Assembly: GCA_900617105.1 (NCBI GenBank)
Contig: UYFQ01000842.1
Span: forward strand, 62,001-126,000
Direction of reading: 5' to 3'
Origin: Hydrurus foetidus
Taxonomy: Eukaryota
Length of the DNA: 64,000 bases
Shown: positions 49,014 to 59,233 of the stretch, one piece after another
Numbering within the stretch: the stretch's first letter is position 1
Layout of the letters: each line of letters starts with the position of its first letter
The notes under the pieces: generated by a model
The model's input: only the letters and a program-made list of their open reading frames with translations
Told to the model about the DNA's origin: nothing
Database searches by the model: none
Translations under genes and position numbers: made by a program

Positions 49014-50570
49014 TCAGCTGGGCATGACCTTGAACACCCGCACCGTGGTGGACAAACGGGCCGACAGATGCTGCAGCGTCTCGGTGGTGGCGGCGGATTC
49101 CTCGGCCAGCGCCGCGTTTTGCTGGGTCAGGTCGTTCATCTGGGTGACGCTTTCGTTCACCTTGGCAATGCCATCGCTCTGCTCGCCCGAGGCGCGCGCA
49201 ATGCTGGAGATGATGTCGGACACCGCCTTGATGCTGCTGACGATCTCCTGCATCGTGGTTCCGGTTTCGTTGACGTATTTGGAACCCATGGCCACGCGCG
49301 CGACCGAATCGCCAATCAGCACCTTGATCTCTTTGGCGGCGGCGGCGCTGCGCTGCGCCAGTACCCGCACTTCGGTGGCCACCACGGCAAAGCCGCGGCC
49401 CTGCTCACCCGCACGTGCCGCTTCCACCGCGGCGTTGAGCGCCAGGATGTTGGTCTGGAACGCAATGCTATCGATCACGCTGGTGATGTCCACAATCTTG
49501 CTGGAGCTTTGGTCCACCAGGTTCATGGTGGCCATGGCCTGCTCCACCACGCTGCCGCCCTTGACGGCCACCTCGGTCGCCTTCTGCGCCAGCTGGTTGG
49601 CCGTCAGCGCGTTCTGGGCGTTGTCTTTGGCGGTGGTGGTGAAACGCGTGAGCATGGACGAGGTTTCTTCCAGCGAGCTGGCCTGGCTCTCGGTGCGACG
49701 CGACAGGTCCAGGTTGCCCGACGCCAGGCTGGTGGCGTAGGTGGCGATCGAATCGGAGCCCTCCCGTACTTCGCCCACGATGTGCGACAGGTTCTCGTTC
49801 ATCTGCCGCAGCGCCCCCATGAGCTTGCCGATTTCATTGGTGGAGGTGACCTCGATGTCGCTGGACAAATCCCCGGCGGCCACCAGCTCGGCAATCCTTA
49901 CCGACCGTTTGAGCGAGCGCGTGATGGTGCGGCCCAGCGTGATGGACACCACCACACCCAGGCTGGCGGCAACGGCCACAAAGATCAGCAACAGCTTGGA
50001 GGCCGAATCCACCAGCGACTGGATGCCATAGGTGCGCGTGATGTTGCTGGAGGCGGAATACTCCAGCAACCGGGACAGCGCCTGGGCCAGCGGCTTGTCG
50101 CCGTCGTAGCCAAGGTCGTCCACATCCTCAAGCTTGTCGCCCTTCTTCTTGGCGGCGGCCACCTGCGTCATGGTGCTTTTGTATTTCTCGATGCTGGCCG
50201 TCACGTTTTGCAGCAGCTGGTCTTCGTCAGGACGGACTTCTTCCAGCGCGCGGTAGCTCACCACCAGCTTCTCGATCGCCTCCACATTGGCGGCGAACTC
50301 CTGGTCGTAGTTCTCGCCCCGAATGATCACGTTCTTGAAGTTGCGAATCGCGTCGCCCAGGTGCACATAGCTCTTGTTCACCGCATCCTTCTTGGCCATG
50401 GCGACCAACTGGTAGTTTTCCCACTGGGTTTTGAAGCGGCCCATCACCACCGCCGAGAACGCGCCGATGGACACGATGGCAATGGTGAGCACCGACAAAC
50501 CTACCACCAGCTTGGTGCGCAGTTTGACGTTGTTGAACCAGGCACGGAGGGCCATGTTTTTTATTTTCAT
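49014..50570 (-). CDS. Methyl-accepting chemotaxis protein
   Basis: Two TMs, helical periplasmic domain, [25 protein letters not shown]. Confidence 0.95.
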   Translation of the reverse strand: MKIKNMALRAWFNNVKLRTKLVVGLSVLTIAIVSIGAFSAVVMGRFKTQWENYQLVAMAKKDAVNKSYVHLGDAIRNFKNVIIRGENYDQEFAANVEAIEKLVVSYRALEEVRPDEDQLLQNVTASIEKYKSTMTQVAAAKKKGDKLEDVDDLGYDGDKPLAQALSRLLEYSASSNITRTYGIQSLVDSASKLLLIFVAVAASLGVVVSITLGRTITRSLKRSVRIAELVAAGDLSSDIEVTSTNEIGKLMGALRQMNENLSHIVGEVREGSDSIATYATSLASGNLDLSRRTESQASSLEETSSMLTRFTTTAKDNAQNALTANQLAQKATEVAVKGGSVVEQAMATMNLVDQSSSKIVDITSVIDSIAFQTNILALNAAVEAARAGEQGRGFAVVATEVRVLAQRSAAAAKEIKVLIGDSVARVAMGSKYVNETGTTMQEIVSSIKAVSDIISSIARASGEQSDGIAKVNESVTQMNDLTQQNAALAEESAATTETLQHLSARLSTTVRVFKVMPS

Positions 50571-50579
50571 ATGGCTGAT

Positions 50580-52016
50580 TTATTCCAAGGCTTTTCCCAT
50601 GTCTTCCACCACCTTCTTGGCGTCGCCAAACACCATCATGGTTTTGTCCATGTAGAAGAGTTCGTTGTCCAGCCCGGCATAGCCCGCCGCCATGGAGCGC
50701 TTGTTCACAATGACGGTCTTGGCCTTGTAGGCCTCCAGAATCGGCATGCCGTAAATGGGGCTGCCCTTGGTGTGGGCGGCAGGGTTCACCACATCGTTGG
50801 CGCCCAAAATGATGGCCACATCGACCTGGCCAAACTCGCCGTTGATGTCTTCCATCTCAAACACCTGGTCATAGGGCACCTCGGCCTCGGCCAGCAGCAC
50901 GTTCATGTGCCCGGGCATGCGCCCAGCTACGGGGTGAATGGCGTACTTCACGGTGATGCCCTTTTCGGTCAGCTTGGCGGCCAGCTCTTTCACTGCATGC
51001 TGGGCCCGGGCCACGGCCAGGCCGTAACCCGGAACAATCACCACGGTCTCGGCGTTGCCCAGCACAAAGGCGGCGTCATCGGCACTGCCGGTCTTGACGG
51101 GCCGCTGCAACGCTGCGCCGCTTGTAGCTGCGGTGGCATTGCCACCAAACCCGCCCAGAATCACGTTGAAGAACGAGCGATTCATGGCCTTGCACATGAT
51201 GTAGCTCAGGATGGCCCCGCTAGAGCCCACCAGCGAACCCGCAATGATCAACATGCTGTTGTTCAGGCTGAAGCCAATGCCGGCCGCCGCCCAGCCCGAG
51301 TAGCTGTTGAGCATGGACACCACCACCGGCATGTCGGCCCCGCCAATGGGGATGATGATGAGCACGCCCATCGCAAAGCCCAGGGCCAGCACCAGGCCGA
51401 AGTCCATGGCGCTTTGCGAATGCCAGAAACCAAAGATGAAGAACACCGACGCCAGACCCAGCACCAGGTTCAGCTTGTGCTGACCGGCGAACTGCACCGG
51501 CGCGCCCTGGAACAGGCGAAACTTGTATTTGCCGGACAGCTTGCCAAACGCGATGACCGAGCCGCTGAAGGTGACAGCCCCGATGAAGGCACCCAGCGCC
51601 AGCTCAATACGGTTGCCGCCAGGAATCTCAGACCCCTTGGCCGCGATGCTGAAGGCCCAGGGCTCGGCCACGGCCGCCACGGCGATGAACACAGCGGCAA
51701 GGCCAATCATGCTGTGCATGAAAGCGACCAGCTCGGGCATCTTGGTCATCTCCACGCGCTTGGCCATCAGGGTGCCGGCCGTGCCACCCACCAGCAACGC
51801 ACCCAACACCCAGCCCAGGCCAGCCATGCCGTCCTGGCCCAATTGGCTCGCCAGCTTGAAGATCAGCGCAGCGGTGGTGAGCACGGCTACGGCCATACCC
51901 ACCATGCCAAACAGGTTGCCACGGAGAGAGGTGGTCGGGTGCGACAGGCCTTTGAGCGCCTGGATGAAGCAGACGCTGGCAAACAAATACAGCAGGGTGA
52001 CGAGGTTCAGGCTCAT
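50580..52016 (-). CDS. pntB: NAD(P) transhydrogenase beta subunit
   Basis: IGGADMPVVVSMLNSYSG, HPVAGRMPGHMNVLLAEA, GANDVVNP. Confidence 0.97.
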   Translation of the reverse strand: MSLNLVTLLYLFASVCFIQALKGLSHPTTSLRGNLFGMVGMAVAVLTTAALIFKLASQLGQDGMAGLGWVLGALLVGGTAGTLMAKRVEMTKMPELVAFMHSMIGLAAVFIAVAAVAEPWAFSIAAKGSEIPGGNRIELALGAFIGAVTFSGSVIAFGKLSGKYKFRLFQGAPVQFAGQHKLNLVLGLASVFFIFGFWHSQSAMDFGLVLALGFAMGVLIIIPIGGADMPVVVSMLNSYSGWAAAGIGFSLNNSMLIIAGSLVGSSGAILSYIMCKAMNRSFFNVILGGFGGNATAATSGAALQRPVKTGSADDAAFVLGNAETVVIVPGYGLAVARAQHAVKELAAKLTEKGITVKYAIHPVAGRMPGHMNVLLAEAEVPYDQVFEMEDINGEFGQVDVAIILGANDVVNPAAHTKGSPIYGMPILEAYKAKTVIVNKRSMAAGYAGLDNELFYMDKTMMVFGDAKKVVEDMGKALE

Positions 52017-52333
52017 TCCTTCACTCCTGCGGTGGACGCCTTCTTGTCCTTTTTGCGGAACATCTCCAGCATGCGCCGGGTGACCATGAAGCCGCCAAAG
52101 ACGTTGACCGCCGCCAGGGCTACGGCCAACACGCCCATGGACTTGCCCAGCGTGGTTTCGGTGAGCGCTGCGGCCAGCATGGCACCCACGATGACGATGG
52201 CAGAAATCGCATTGGTCACCGCCATCAGCGGGGTGTGCAGGGCGGGGGTGACGGTCCAGACCACGTGGTAACCCACGTAGATGGCCAGCACAAAGATGAT
52301 GAGGTTGAGGATGGTGGGGGATACCAGTTCCAT
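52013..52333 (-). CDS. pntAB: NAD(P) transhydrogenase alpha-2 subunit
   Basis: VTPALHTPLMAVTNAIS, NVFGGFMVTRRML. Confidence 0.95.
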   Translation of the reverse strand: MELVSPTILNLIIFVLAIYVGYHVVWTVTPALHTPLMAVTNAISAIVIVGAMLAAALTETTLGKSMGVLAVALAAVNVFGGFMVTRRMLEMFRKKDKKASTAGVKE

Positions 52334-52358
52334 GGTGTTCTTCTTGTTGTAGAGGTTG

Positions 52359-53501
52359 TTACTTGCGGCGCACTTCGCCGCCGTGCGTCACCAGGCAGGC
52401 GGCCACGATGTCGTCTTCCAGGTCTACGTGCAGGGCACCTTCCTGGTTGATCACGAGCTTGAGAAAGTCCAGCACGTTGCGGGCGTACAGCGACGACGCG
52501 TCCGCCGCCACCAGGGCCGGCAGGTTGGTTTCACCGATCAGCGTGACGCCGTGTTTGACGACGGTCTTGTCCGCCTCCGACAGCGGACAGTTGCCGCCGC
52601 CCGAACCATGCGGGCCTATCGGGCCTTTGCCAGCCGCAATGTCCACGATGACCGAGCCGGGCTTCATGGACTTGACCATGTCCTCGGTGATCAGCGTGGG
52701 TGCCGGGCGGCCGGGAATGAGGGCGGTGCTGATGACGATGTCAGCCAGGGCCACGCGTTTGGCCACCTCCAGCTTCTGCCGGTCCATCCAGCTTTTCGGC
52801 ATGGGTTTGGCGTAGCCGCCTACACCCACGGCGGCGTCTCTTTCTTCATCGGTGTCATACGGCACATCGATGAACTTGCCACCCAAGGACTCCACTTGCT
52901 CCTTTACGCTGGGGCGTACGTCTGACGCTTCGATGACCGCCCCCAGTCGCTTGGCGGTGGCAATAGCTTGCAGGCCCGCCACGCCCACCCCCAGAACGAC
53001 AACCCGCGCGGCCTTGACGGTGCCCGCGGCGGTCATCAGCATGGGGAAGAAGCGCTGGTAGGTATTCGATGCCAGTAGGACGGCCTTGTAGCCCGCGATG
53101 TTGGCTTGGCTGGAGAGCACGTCCATGCTCTGCGCACGCGTGGTGCGGGGTGCGGCTTCCAGGGCATAAGCCGTCAGCCCCGCCTTGGCCAGGCGTTGCA
53201 AGCCATCGGCATCAAAGGGGTTGAGCATGCCCACCAACGTGGCGCCCGATGGCATCTGGGCGACCTCGGCATCCGATGGCGCGCGGACCTTGAGCACCAG
53301 GCCGCAGCCCAACGCGCCTGCGGCATCGGTGAGGTCCGCACCAGCTGCCACATAGGCCTGGTCAGTCACGCTGGCGGCGACGCCTGCGCCGGATTGCACA
53401 CGCACCGTGTGGCCCAAAGCGGTCAATTTCCTCACCGTCTCCGGGGTCGCGGCGACGCGGGTCTCGCCCACCGTGGTCTCGGTGGGTACGCCTATTTGCA
53501 T
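52359..53501 (-). CDS. pntAA: NAD(P) transhydrogenase alpha-1 subunit
   Basis: ETRVAATPE, RAQSMDVLSSQANIAGYKAV, GVGVAGLQA. Confidence 0.96.
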   Translation of the reverse strand: MQIGVPTETTVGETRVAATPETVRKLTALGHTVRVQSGAGVAASVTDQAYVAAGADLTDAAGALGCGLVLKVRAPSDAEVAQMPSGATLVGMLNPFDADGLQRLAKAGLTAYALEAAPRTTRAQSMDVLSSQANIAGYKAVLLASNTYQRFFPMLMTAAGTVKAARVVVLGVGVAGLQAIATAKRLGAVIEASDVRPSVKEQVESLGGKFIDVPYDTDEERDAAVGVGGYAKPMPKSWMDRQKLEVAKRVALADIVISTALIPGRPAPTLITEDMVKSMKPGSVIVDIAAGKGPIGPHGSGGGNCPLSEADKTVVKHGVTLIGETNLPALVAADASSLYARNVLDFLKLVINQEGALHVDLEDDIVAACLVTHGGEVRRK

Positions 53502-53584
53502 AGTCTTGTCCTTGAAGAATAAAAAATCCCGCCGATGGGCGACGGGAGGCCCCGAACGCGCGTTAACCTGAAAAAGACAACGGG

Positions 53585-55090
53585 TTAGCGGTTGCTGGGA
53601 AAACTGAAGGCAGCGCCTTCGCGCACGCCGGCCGAAGGCCAGCGTTGCGAGATGGTTTTGCGCTTGGTGTAGAAGCGCACGGCGTCGGGGCCATAGGCAC
53701 CCAGGTCGCCAAACAGCGAACGCTTCCAGCCACCAAACGAGTGGTAGGCCACGGGCACGGGCAAGGGCACGTTCACGCCCACCATGCCCACCAAGATGTT
53801 GTCGGTGAAGTAGCGTGCTGCTTCGCCATCGCGGGTGAAGATGCAGGTGCCGTTGCCGTACTCGTGTGCGTCAATAAGGTCCATCGCTTCTTGCAAGCTC
53901 TTGACCCGCACCACGCCCAGCACCGGGCCAAAGATTTCTTCCTGGTAGATCACCATGCCTGGCTTGACGTTGTCAAAGAGGCAAGGGCCAAGAAAGTAGC
54001 CATCTTCGTGGCCCGGCACCACGGCAGCACGGCCGTCCACCACCAGGGTGGCGCCCTCCTTCACACCCTGGTCCACATAGCCCTTGACCTTCTCGCGGTG
54101 CGCCTTTGTCACCAGCGGCCCCATGTCGCTGGTGGCTTGGGTGCCAGGGCCCACGCGCATCTTGGCAATCTCAACTTTCAGGCCCGCCACTACCGCATCG
54201 GCCGTGGCATCCCCCACGGCCACCACCAACGGGATGGCCATGCAGCGCTCCCCGCAAGAGCCATAGGCCGCGCCCATCAGCGCGGTCACGGCATTGGCAA
54301 TGTCTGCATCGGGCATGACTACCGCGTGATTTTTGGCACCACCCAAAGCCTGCACGCGCTTGCCGTTAGCGCAACCGGTGGCATAGATGTATTCGGCAAT
54401 GGGGGTGGAGCCGACAAAGCTGATGGCATGCACGCGCTTGTCGGCCAGCAAGGCGTCCACCGCCTCTTTGTCACCATGAACCACGTTGAGCACACCTGGC
54501 GGCAAGCCGGCCTGCAGCGCCAGCTGGGCGACCAACAAAGCACTGCTGGGGTCGCGCTCAGAGGGCTTCAGAATGAAGGTGTTGCCGCAGGCCACGGCCA
54601 TGGGCCACATCCACAGGGGCACCATCACCGGAAAGTTGAACGGGGTGATGCCGGCTGTCACACCCAGGGGCTGAAACTCGCTCCAGGAGTCGATGCTGGG
54701 GCCCGCATTTTTGCTGTGCTCGCCCTTGAGCAGTTCGGGGGCGTAGCTGGCGTATTCCACGTTCTCAATGCCCCGCTGCAGCTCGCCCATGGCGTCCGCC
54801 AACACCTTGCCATGCTCGGCCGTCACCAGCGCACAGATGCTGGCCGCGTTTTCTTCCAACAGGACTTTGAGCTTACTCATGACGCGTGCGCGCTTAAGTG
54901 GTGACGTGGCGCGCCACGCCGGGTAAGCCGATTGCGCGCTGGCAATGGCCCGCTCCACCGTGGCGGTGTCGGCCAACAGCAGGGTTTTCTGCACCTGGCC
55001 GGTGGCAGGGTTGTAGACCGGCTGGGTGCGGCTGCCGCCCGCCACGAGGTCGCCGTGGATCAGGTGCTGGATAACGGGAAGGGTTGACAT
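53585..55090 (-). CDS. iolA: CoA-acylating (methyl)malonate-semialdehyde dehydrogenase
   Basis: GITPFNFP, ALGGAKNH, GERCMA, EEIFGP, GVNVPLPVP; iolC nearby. Confidence 0.9.
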   Translation of the reverse strand: MSTLPVIQHLIHGDLVAGGSRTQPVYNPATGQVQKTLLLADTATVERAIASAQSAYPAWRATSPLKRARVMSKLKVLLEENAASICALVTAEHGKVLADAMGELQRGIENVEYASYAPELLKGEHSKNAGPSIDSWSEFQPLGVTAGITPFNFPVMVPLWMWPMAVACGNTFILKPSERDPSSALLVAQLALQAGLPPGVLNVVHGDKEAVDALLADKRVHAISFVGSTPIAEYIYATGCANGKRVQALGGAKNHAVVMPDADIANAVTALMGAAYGSCGERCMAIPLVVAVGDATADAVVAGLKVEIAKMRVGPGTQATSDMGPLVTKAHREKVKGYVDQGVKEGATLVVDGRAAVVPGHEDGYFLGPCLFDNVKPGMVIYQEEIFGPVLGVVRVKSLQEAMDLIDAHEYGNGTCIFTRDGEAARYFTDNILVGMVGVNVPLPVPVAYHSFGGWKRSLFGDLGAYGPDAVRFYTKRKTISQRWPSAGVREGAAFSFPSNR

Positions 55091-55130
55091 CAAAGTGGGT
55101 TCGCTGGTGGTGAAGTGGATGGATGGCGGT

Positions 55131-55751
55131 TCAGCGCTGGGGTGCCAAAGCACCGAGGTAGGCGCGTACGCGCTCGTCGTTGGTCAGCGTGGTGAAGTCC
55201 GGTGCCTGGGTGACGACGCCCTTTTGCACAAAGACAAAGCTGTCGCACTGCTCCCGCAGGATGTCGATGTGGAAGAGCTCATTGGGGTGCATGCACAGGA
55301 ACACGAGTTTTCCGCTGTGCTTGAGGCGTGTAAAAAAGTCCAGCATGAAGCCGATGTAGCCGTCCTGGGTGTTGAACTGGGGTTCGTCAAACAGGTGGAT
55401 CAGCGGCGACTTCTCGGTGGCATGCGAGAGCATGAAGTCGGGTTTCTTTTTCTGGAACGACCGCACCTGGTAGGACTGGTGGTAGTGCACCGCCATGCGG
55501 TCACGCTGAAGCGTCTTCACCTCATGGATGTCTTGCCCGTTGACGATCACACGGCCACTGGTGGGCAGGTTGCTGCCCGTGATCAGCTCGAACAGTGTGG
55601 TCTTGCCCGAGCCATTGGGGCCCATGACGCCTACAACGCCAGGTTTGGCAATCTCGAAATTCGCATTCAGCGAAAAGGTGGTGGTTTTCTTGAAAACGCC
55701 GCGCTGGTATTGCTTGGCCAAGTTTTCCACACGTAAAAGTGGCTGGTTCAT
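55131..55751 (-). CDS. Atypical short ABC ATPase lacking the LSGGQ signature subdomain
   Basis: Walker A GPNGSGKT, Q-loop, Walker B HLFDEP, H-loop CMH; no signature motif. Confidence 0.75.
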   Translation of the reverse strand: MNQPLLRVENLAKQYQRGVFKKTTTFSLNANFEIAKPGVVGVMGPNGSGKTTLFELITGSNLPTSGRVIVNGQDIHEVKTLQRDRMAVHYHQSYQVRSFQKKKPDFMLSHATEKSPLIHLFDEPQFNTQDGYIGFMLDFFTRLKHSGKLVFLCMHPNELFHIDILREQCDSFVFVQKGVVTQAPDFTTLTNDERVRAYLGALAPQR

Positions 55752-55756
55752 GCTGA

Positions 55757-56488
55757 CTAGACTCCCAAAAGCTGTTGGCGCAACGCAGGGTCGTTGCGTA
55801 CATCGGCCGCAGGGCCTTCGTGAATAACTTTGCCCAGGTTCATGACGTACACCCGGTCGGCCACGGCCAGTGCGCTTTGCACGTTTTGCTCCACCACCAG
55901 CACGGCAATGCCTTCGGACTTGAGCCGGGTGATGGTCTTCATCACGTCCTGCACCACCTTGGGCGCCAGGCCCTGGCTGGGCTCGTCAAACAGCACCAGG
56001 CCGGGCGAACCCAGCAGCGCGCGAGATATCGCCACCATCTGCATCTCGCCGCCCGACAGGTTTTCGCACTCGCGCTCCATCAGGTACTCCATGGCGCTAA
56101 AGATCTCGAAACACTCTTTTTCGTTCCATTGGCGAAAGCGCGTTTGCTTGCGTGCAATGGCCAGGTTGCGTGCCACGGTGAGCGTGGGGAAGATGCGCCG
56201 GTCATCGGGCACCCAGCCCAGGCCGGCCTTGGCAATCTCGTGGGTGGGCGTGCGGGTGATGTCTTTGCCATCAAACGCAATGGCACCCTTGCGCGGTGGG
56301 GTCAGCCCCAAAATGGACCGCAGCGTGGTGGTCTTGCCCGCGCCGTTGGGGCCCAACAGGGCCACGACTTCGCCAGGGCCGACCTGCAACGACACATCGA
56401 ACAAGACCTGGGTCTCACCGTAAAAGGTGTCGATATGGTCGATGGACAGCATGGGTGCGGGTGCGACAGATGTCAGAACAGCGCTCAT
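55757..56488 (-). CDS. HAAT-family ABC ATP-binding protein (LivF-like)
   Basis: GPNGAGKTT, LSGGEMQM, FDEPSQGLAP. Confidence 0.92.
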   Translation of the reverse strand: MSAVLTSVAPAPMLSIDHIDTFYGETQVLFDVSLQVGPGEVVALLGPNGAGKTTTLRSILGLTPPRKGAIAFDGKDITRTPTHEIAKAGLGWVPDDRRIFPTLTVARNLAIARKQTRFRQWNEKECFEIFSAMEYLMERECENLSGGEMQMVAISRALLGSPGLVLFDEPSQGLAPKVVQDVMKTITRLKSEGIAVLVVEQNVQSALAVADRVYVMNLGKVIHEGPAADVRNDPALRQQLLGV

Positions 56489-57228
56489 GCGAGGGCTCCC
56501 AGGTTGGAGCGGCGAACCCACTCGTTTTGACGCAGCGCATCGGGCGTGCCCTGGGCTATCACCTGGCCCCAATGGATGACGGAAATCTGGTCGGCCAGAC
56601 TGAAAAGGAAGTTCATATCGTGCTCGATGATCACAATGGTGAGTTGGCGTTTCAGGGTCTTCACCAGCTCAGCCAGGCGGGCCGTGCCTTCGGCGCCCAG
56701 GCCTGCGGTGGGTTCGTCCAGAAACAACATACGGGGTTCTGCGGCTAGCGCCACACCAATCTCCAGCGCACGGCGCTCGCCGTACGACAGGCTGCTGGCC
56801 AGCACACGCTCCTTGCCCTTCAGGCCCACGCGCTCCAGCACGGCGGCGGCCAGGTCTTGCGCAACGCGGTCAGCACCCAGGTCGCGCCAGGGGTTAAAGC
56901 CCTGTTTGCGCACATGGGGCGTGGCCATCAGCACGTTGTCCAGCGCGGTGTAGCTGTCAAACAGATTCATGATCTGGAACGAGCGCGAAATGCCCTTGCA
57001 AGCAATCTCGCGCGGCGACAGGCCGGTGATGTCTTCACCCGCAAAGGTGACACTGCCGCGGTCGGGCTTGTAGCGACCCGTGAGCACGTTGAAGCAGGTG
57101 GTTTTGCCGGCCCCGTTCGGTCCCATGATGCCGTTGAGGTGCCCCTCTTCAAACCCCAGGGTGATGTCTTGCAACACCACCTGGGCGCCAAAACGTTTGG
57201 ACAGGCCAGTGGCTTCGAATAGCTTCAC
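56485..57228 (-). CDS. HAAT-family ABC ATP-binding protein (LivG-like)
   Basis: GPNGAGKTT, LSYGERRALE, LDEPTAG, IEHDM. Confidence 0.92.
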   Translation of the reverse strand: MKLFEATGLSKRFGAQVVLQDITLGFEEGHLNGIMGPNGAGKTTCFNVLTGRYKPDRGSVTFAGEDITGLSPREIACKGISRSFQIMNLFDSYTALDNVLMATPHVRKQGFNPWRDLGADRVAQDLAAAVLERVGLKGKERVLASSLSYGERRALEIGVALAAEPRMLFLDEPTAGLGAEGTARLAELVKTLKRQLTIVIIEHDMNFLFSLADQISVIHWGQVIAQGTPDALRQNEWVRRSNLGALA

Positions 57229-58235
57229 AGGGCACCTCCTGTCGCGGCGGCAGCGGCGACCGACTTGCGGGGTCGGTTGCGCCAGGCTTGCCATGCACCG
57301 GCAATGCCTTCAGGTTTGAAGATCACCATGGCCATGAAGATCAGGCCATACCAGAGCAACCAGGTCTCGGTATAAGCGCCCAACAAATCGCGCGCCAGGA
57401 TAAAGAAGGTCGCACCAATCAGCGGACCCCAAAAGCTCACCAGGCCACCGCCAATGAGCACCATCATCACCACAAAGCCGGAGGTTTGCAGGCTCATCAC
57501 ATTGGGGTAAGCCGACTGCTGGGCCATGGCAAACATGGCCCCTGCGAGGCCCGCCACGGCGGTAGAAATGGTGAACGCCAGCCACTTGTAGATCCACACG
57601 TTGTAGCCCACAAAAGACGCCCGGGTTTCGTTCTGCTTGATGGCACTGAAGATGCGCCCCATCGGGGAATGAATCAGACGCCACAGCCCCACCAGCACCA
57701 GCGCAAACAGCACCAGGCAAAAGAAGAACAACGCGTCATTGCTGGCCAGATCGAACGAGACAAATCCGAAATCTGCCGGCAGGCGCTTGATGCTGAGCAG
57801 GCCGTCTTCCCCACCGGTCACGCTGCTCCATTTGTTGGCGATGAACCAGAACACCTGGCCAAAGGCGATGGTGAGCAAGGCGTAGTAGATGCCGCGGCGG
57901 TGCGAGATGAACAGCGCCACCAACCCGCCCAGCACCGCGGTCACCAGCACCGCGCCTGCGAGGTCAAACCACAGGTTGGACCAGATCTTGTGCTGCAGCA
58001 GGCCAAAGGCGTAGGCGCCAATGCCAAAGAACGCACCGTGGCCAAACGACGGCAGCCCGGTGAAGCCCAGCAACAGGTTGTAGCCCATGGCAAACAGCAC
58101 CCAGATCATGATTTCAAGCGCCAGGTACTGGTAAAGGCCCACCCGGGTGATCCAGAGCGGGGTCGATAAGAAGACTGCCACTGCAAGCAGCATGGGCAGA
58201 GGGAACAGTGGCGCACGGCCTGAAGCAAGTTGCAT
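57225..58235 (-). CDS. HAAT-family ABC permease (LivM-like)
   Basis: LLLGFTGLPSFGHGAFFGIGAY, TGGEDG, IGGG..FWGP. Confidence 0.9.
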   Translation of the reverse strand: MQLASGRAPLFPLPMLLAVAVFLSTPLWITRVGLYQYLALEIMIWVLFAMGYNLLLGFTGLPSFGHGAFFGIGAYAFGLLQHKIWSNLWFDLAGAVLVTAVLGGLVALFISHRRGIYYALLTIAFGQVFWFIANKWSSVTGGEDGLLSIKRLPADFGFVSFDLASNDALFFFCLVLFALVLVGLWRLIHSPMGRIFSAIKQNETRASFVGYNVWIYKWLAFTISTAVAGLAGAMFAMAQQSAYPNVMSLQTSGFVVMMVLIGGGLVSFWGPLIGATFFILARDLLGAYTETWLLWYGLIFMAMVIFKPEGIAGAWQAWRNRPRKSVAAAAATGGAL

Positions 58236-58261
58236 GGAGGAGATGTCTCTGTTTTAGGTTT

Positions 58262-58338
58262 GAAATAAATGTTCCGAAAAGATCTGGACAAAACAGAATA
58301 TACGTTCTATTATTCAAACATGCAAGAACATTTGTTCT
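58262..58338. promoter_or_regulatory. Three putative IolR/RpiR operators
   Basis: GAAATAAATGTTCC (58262), AGAATATACGTTCT (58295), AGAACATTTGTTCT (58325) in the divergent intergenic region. Confidence 0.65.
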
Positions 58339-58354
58339 ATTTTTGAGAAGCGAT

Positions 58355-59233
58355 ATGGACCCAGTAACCACCTACGAAGAATTGAAGGACCTGATTGGCC
58401 GGACCTACCCGGACATGTCCAAACAATTGCAGCGTATTGCCCGCTTTGCGCTGGAGCAACCCAACGATCTGGCACTAGGCACCGTGGCCACCGTGGCCGA
58501 GGCGACCGAGGTGCAGCCCTCCGCCATGATCCGCTTTGCCAACGCGCTGGGCTACAAGGGTTTCTCTGAAATGCAGCAGGTGTTCCGCGGCCACTTGCTG
58601 GAGCGCTCTGACAGCTACCGTGAACGCATTGACCAGATGCGCAGCAAGAAGACCCGGGGTGCCCGCGCACCCGCTGGCGTGCTGCACGAACTGGTCAGCG
58701 AGTCCGTGGCCGAGCTGGGCCAGTTGGAAGAATCGATTCTGCAGACCGACCTGAAGGCTGCCGTCAAACTGATCTCGGCGGCACCCCGCATTTTTGTGCT
58801 GGCACAGAGGCGCGCTTTTCCGGTGGCGGGCTACCTGGCCTACGCGCTAAGCCAACTGGAGCTGCGCACCCATCTGCTGGACGGTAGCGGCGGCATGCTG
58901 CGCGAAAGCCTGCGCTCCATGTCCAAGGGCGATGTGCTGATTGCCTCCAGCTTTCGCAACTACTCACCCGAAGTGATTGATGTGGCCGCCAAGGCCCGCG
59001 CGCTCGGCGTGCTGGTGATCGTCATTACCGACGGCCCGCTCTCTCCCCTCAAACCGTCTGCCCATGTGAGCCTGGAGCTGGCGGACGACTCTTCCAAACC
59101 CTTCCGCTCGCTGGTGGCTCCGCTGTGCCTGGCCCAGGCCCTGGTCGTCAGCGTGGGACACCAACTTGCCGAAAAACCAACCACGACAACGACAACGGGA
59201 CGCAGCGCGCCCCGCAAAAAGGGAACCCCATGA
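58355..59233 (+). CDS. iolR: RpiR/MurR-family regulator (IolR-like)
   Basis: VQPSAMIRFANALGYKGFSEMQ HTH + SIS domain (ITDGPLSPL). Confidence 0.82.
   Translation: MDPVTTYEELKDLIGRTYPDMSKQLQRIARFALEQPNDLALGTVATVAEATEVQPSAMIRFANALGYKGFSEMQQVFRGHLLERSDSYRERIDQMRSKKTRGARAPAGVLHELVSESVAELGQLEESILQTDLKAAVKLISAAPRIFVLAQRRAFPVAGYLAYALSQLELRTHLLDGSGGMLRESLRSMSKGDVLIASSFRNYSPEVIDVAAKARALGVLVIVITDGPLSPLKPSAHVSLELADDSSKPFRSLVAPLCLAQALVVSVGHQLAEKPTTTTTTGRSAPRKKGTP

Noticed and set aside
49068..52271. 1067-aa plus-strand ORF
   Set aside because: Antisense shadow across the MCP and pnt genes.
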